Below are positions 62,201 to 64,000 of a stretch of 64,000 bases of DNA, in pieces. The position numbers were made by a program, and so were the translations under genes. The stretch covers positions 992,001 through 1,056,000 of the forward strand of contig OZ024745.1 of assembly GCA_964016885.1 (NCBI GenBank), read 5' to 3'. Numbering within the stretch: the first letter of the stretch is position 1; every line of letters begins with the position of its first letter. This DNA comes from Eledone cirrhosa (taxonomy: Eukaryota). The notes under the pieces are model-generated. The model was not told the DNA's origin and did no database searches. It worked only from the letters and a program-made list of their open reading frames with translations.

Positions 62201-64000
62201 TTACAACGTACAGGGATACAGTGTACCTATTCTAAACTAGATATACATGGTATTATGACATACAGGGATACAGTGTACCTATTCTAAACTAGATATACAT
62301 AGTATTACAACATACAGAGATACAGTGTACCTATTCTAAACTAGATATATATGGTCTTACAACATACTGGGATACATTGTACCTATTCTAAACTAGATAT
62401 ACATGGTATTACAACATACAGGGATACAGTGTACCTATTCTAAACTTGATATATATGGTCTTATGACATACAGGGGTACAGTGTACCTATTCTAAACTAG
62501 ATATATATTGTCTTACAACATACAGGGATACAGTGTACCTATTCTAAACTAGATATACATGGTATTACAACATACAGGGACACAGTGTACCTATTCTAAA
62601 CTAGATATACATGGTATTACAACATACAGGGATACAGTGTACCTATTCTAAACTAGATATACATGATATTACAACATACAGGGATACAGTGTACCTATTC
62701 TAAACTAGATATACATAGTATTACAACATACAGAGATACAGTGTACCTATTCTAAACTAGATATACATGGTATTACAACATACAGGGATACAGTGTACCT
62801 ATTCTAAACTAGATATATATTGTCTTACAACATACAGGGATACAGTGTACCTATTCTAAACTAGATATACATGGTATTACAACATACAGGGATACAGTGT
62901 ACCTATGCTAAACTAGATATATATGGTATTATGACATACAGGGATACAGTGTACCTATTGTAAACTAGATATATATGGTATTACAACATACAGTGTACCT
63001 ATTCTAAACCAGATATACATGGTCTTACAACATACAGGTATACAGTGTACCTATTCTAAACTAGATATACATGGTATTATGACATACACGGATACAGTGT
63101 ACCTATTCTAAACTAGATATACATAGTATTACAACATACAGAGATACAGTGTACCTGTTCTAAACTAGATATATATGGTCTTACAACATACAGGGATACA
63201 GCATACCTATTCTAAACTAGATATACATGGTATTACAAAATACAGGGATACAGTGTTCCTATTCTAAACTAGATATACATGGTATTACAACACACAGGGA
63301 TACAGTGTACCTATTCTAAACTAGATATACATGGTCTTACAACATACAGGGATACAGTGTACCTATTCTAAACCAGATATATATGGTATTACAACACACA
63401 GGGATACAGTGTTCCTATTCTAAACTAGATATACATGGTATTACAACACACAGGGATACAGTGTACCTATTCTAAACTAGATATACATGGTCTTACAACA
63501 TACAGGGATACAGTGTACCTATTCTAAACTAGATATATATTGTCTTACAACATACAGGGATACATTGTACCTATTCTAAACTAGATATACATGGTATTAC
63601 AACATACAGGGATACAGTGTACCTATTCTAAACTAGATATACATGGTATTACAACATACAGGGGTACAGTGTACCTATTCTAAACTAGATATACATGATA
63701 TTACAACATACAGGGATACAGTGTACCTATTCTAAACTAGATATACATAGTATTACAACATACAGAGATACAGTGTACCTATTCTAAACTAGATATACAT
63801 GGTATTACAACATACAGGGATACAGTGTACCTATTCTAAACTAGATATATATTGTCTTACAACATACAGGAATAAAGTATACCTATTCTAAACTAGATAT
63901 AGATGGTATTACAACATACAGAGATAGAGTGTACCTATTCTAAACTAGATATATATTGTCTTACAACATACAGGGATAAAGTGTACCTATTCTCAACTAG
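51860..64000 (+). repeat. Tandem duplication of a 6,518-bp block (126 monomers), with a 6-monomer (312-bp) loss in copy 2 near 59300; copy 2 runs off the window
   Basis: Offset +6518 for gggacagtg (51873/58391) and aaaacatac (52381/58899). Offset +6206 afterwards for atcctaaac (54011/60217), gctaaac (56701/62907) and cacggatac (56881/63087). 120x52-34=6206. Confidence 0.92.
54420..58378 (+). repeat. Segment about 54420-55490 repeated at +2,888 bp (56 monomers minus 24 bp)
   Basis: tacaggaataaagtat (54771/57659) and cgatatacatgct (55061/57949). The acaagatac and atgctattagaac variants are also shared. Confidence 0.85.

Larger units (their letters stand above)
1..64000 (+). repeat. Satellite DNA / tandem array of a 52-bp monomer, about 1,230 copies, extending beyond both window edges
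   Basis: Unit TGGTATTACAACATACAGGGATACAGTGTACCTATTCTAAACTAGATATAYA recurs every 52 bp from base 1 (1-52, 53-104, ...) to the end. Most copies differ from consensus at only 0-3 positions. One GTAC and one CTAG per consensus monomer. No non-repeat DNA seen. Confidence 0.99.

Noticed and set aside
1-64000. CRISPR array or other repeat-spacer system
   Set aside because: All 52 positions are conserved between units. There are no unique spacers, leader or cas genes.
1-64000. Regular dimeric (104-bp) or other fixed higher-order repeat, or a 'code' in the C/T alternation at monomer position 51
   Set aside because: The alternation is frequent but irregular (runs of CC, TT, CCC), and the longer patterns are explained by block duplications of differing sizes.
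1-64000. Giant repetitive protein gene on either strand
   Set aside because: 52 is not a multiple of 3, and consensus stops (TAA in TTCTAA, TAG in CTAG on both strands) interrupt every frame within about 3 monomers.
1-64000. Telomerase-type telomeric repeat, tRNA/5S-derived repeat, or TATA promoter elements (TATATA)
   Set aside because: There is no G-rich short telomeric unit and no recognisable A/B boxes or cloverleaf. TATATA is simply a monomer variant repeated hundreds of times with no downstream gene.

Overview
The whole 64-kb window is one uninterrupted, head-to-tail satellite DNA array. It holds about 1,230 copies of a 52-bp AT-rich monomer (consensus TGGTATTACAACATACAGGGATACAGTGTACCTATTCTAAACTAGATATA[C/T]A; 17/52 = about 33% GC; no CpG in the consensus), all in the same orientation. 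I see no genes, RNA genes, transposon insertions, CRISPR spacers or unique flanking DNA. The four listed ORFs are translations of variant monomers. I do not recognise the satellite family or host, and I cannot support a claim of a new protein-based system here. The information lies in the variant pattern. Shared rare variants reveal nested, irregular tandem duplications: 104, 156, 416, 572, 705, 1240, 1558, 1610, 1700, 2278, 2888, 4091, 5064/5220, 6206/6518 and 9626 bp. The larger offsets I checked equal n x 52 corrected for the visible indels. Other notable features are a unique fold-back palindromic junction at 44389-44406, a CA/TG/CG/TA polymorphic dinucleotide suggestive of methyl-CpG decay, microhomology-bounded deletions, and a 7-8-bp TACA sub-repeat with dyads inside the monomer. 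Coordinates were read by eye, so duplication boundaries are approximate to about one monomer.
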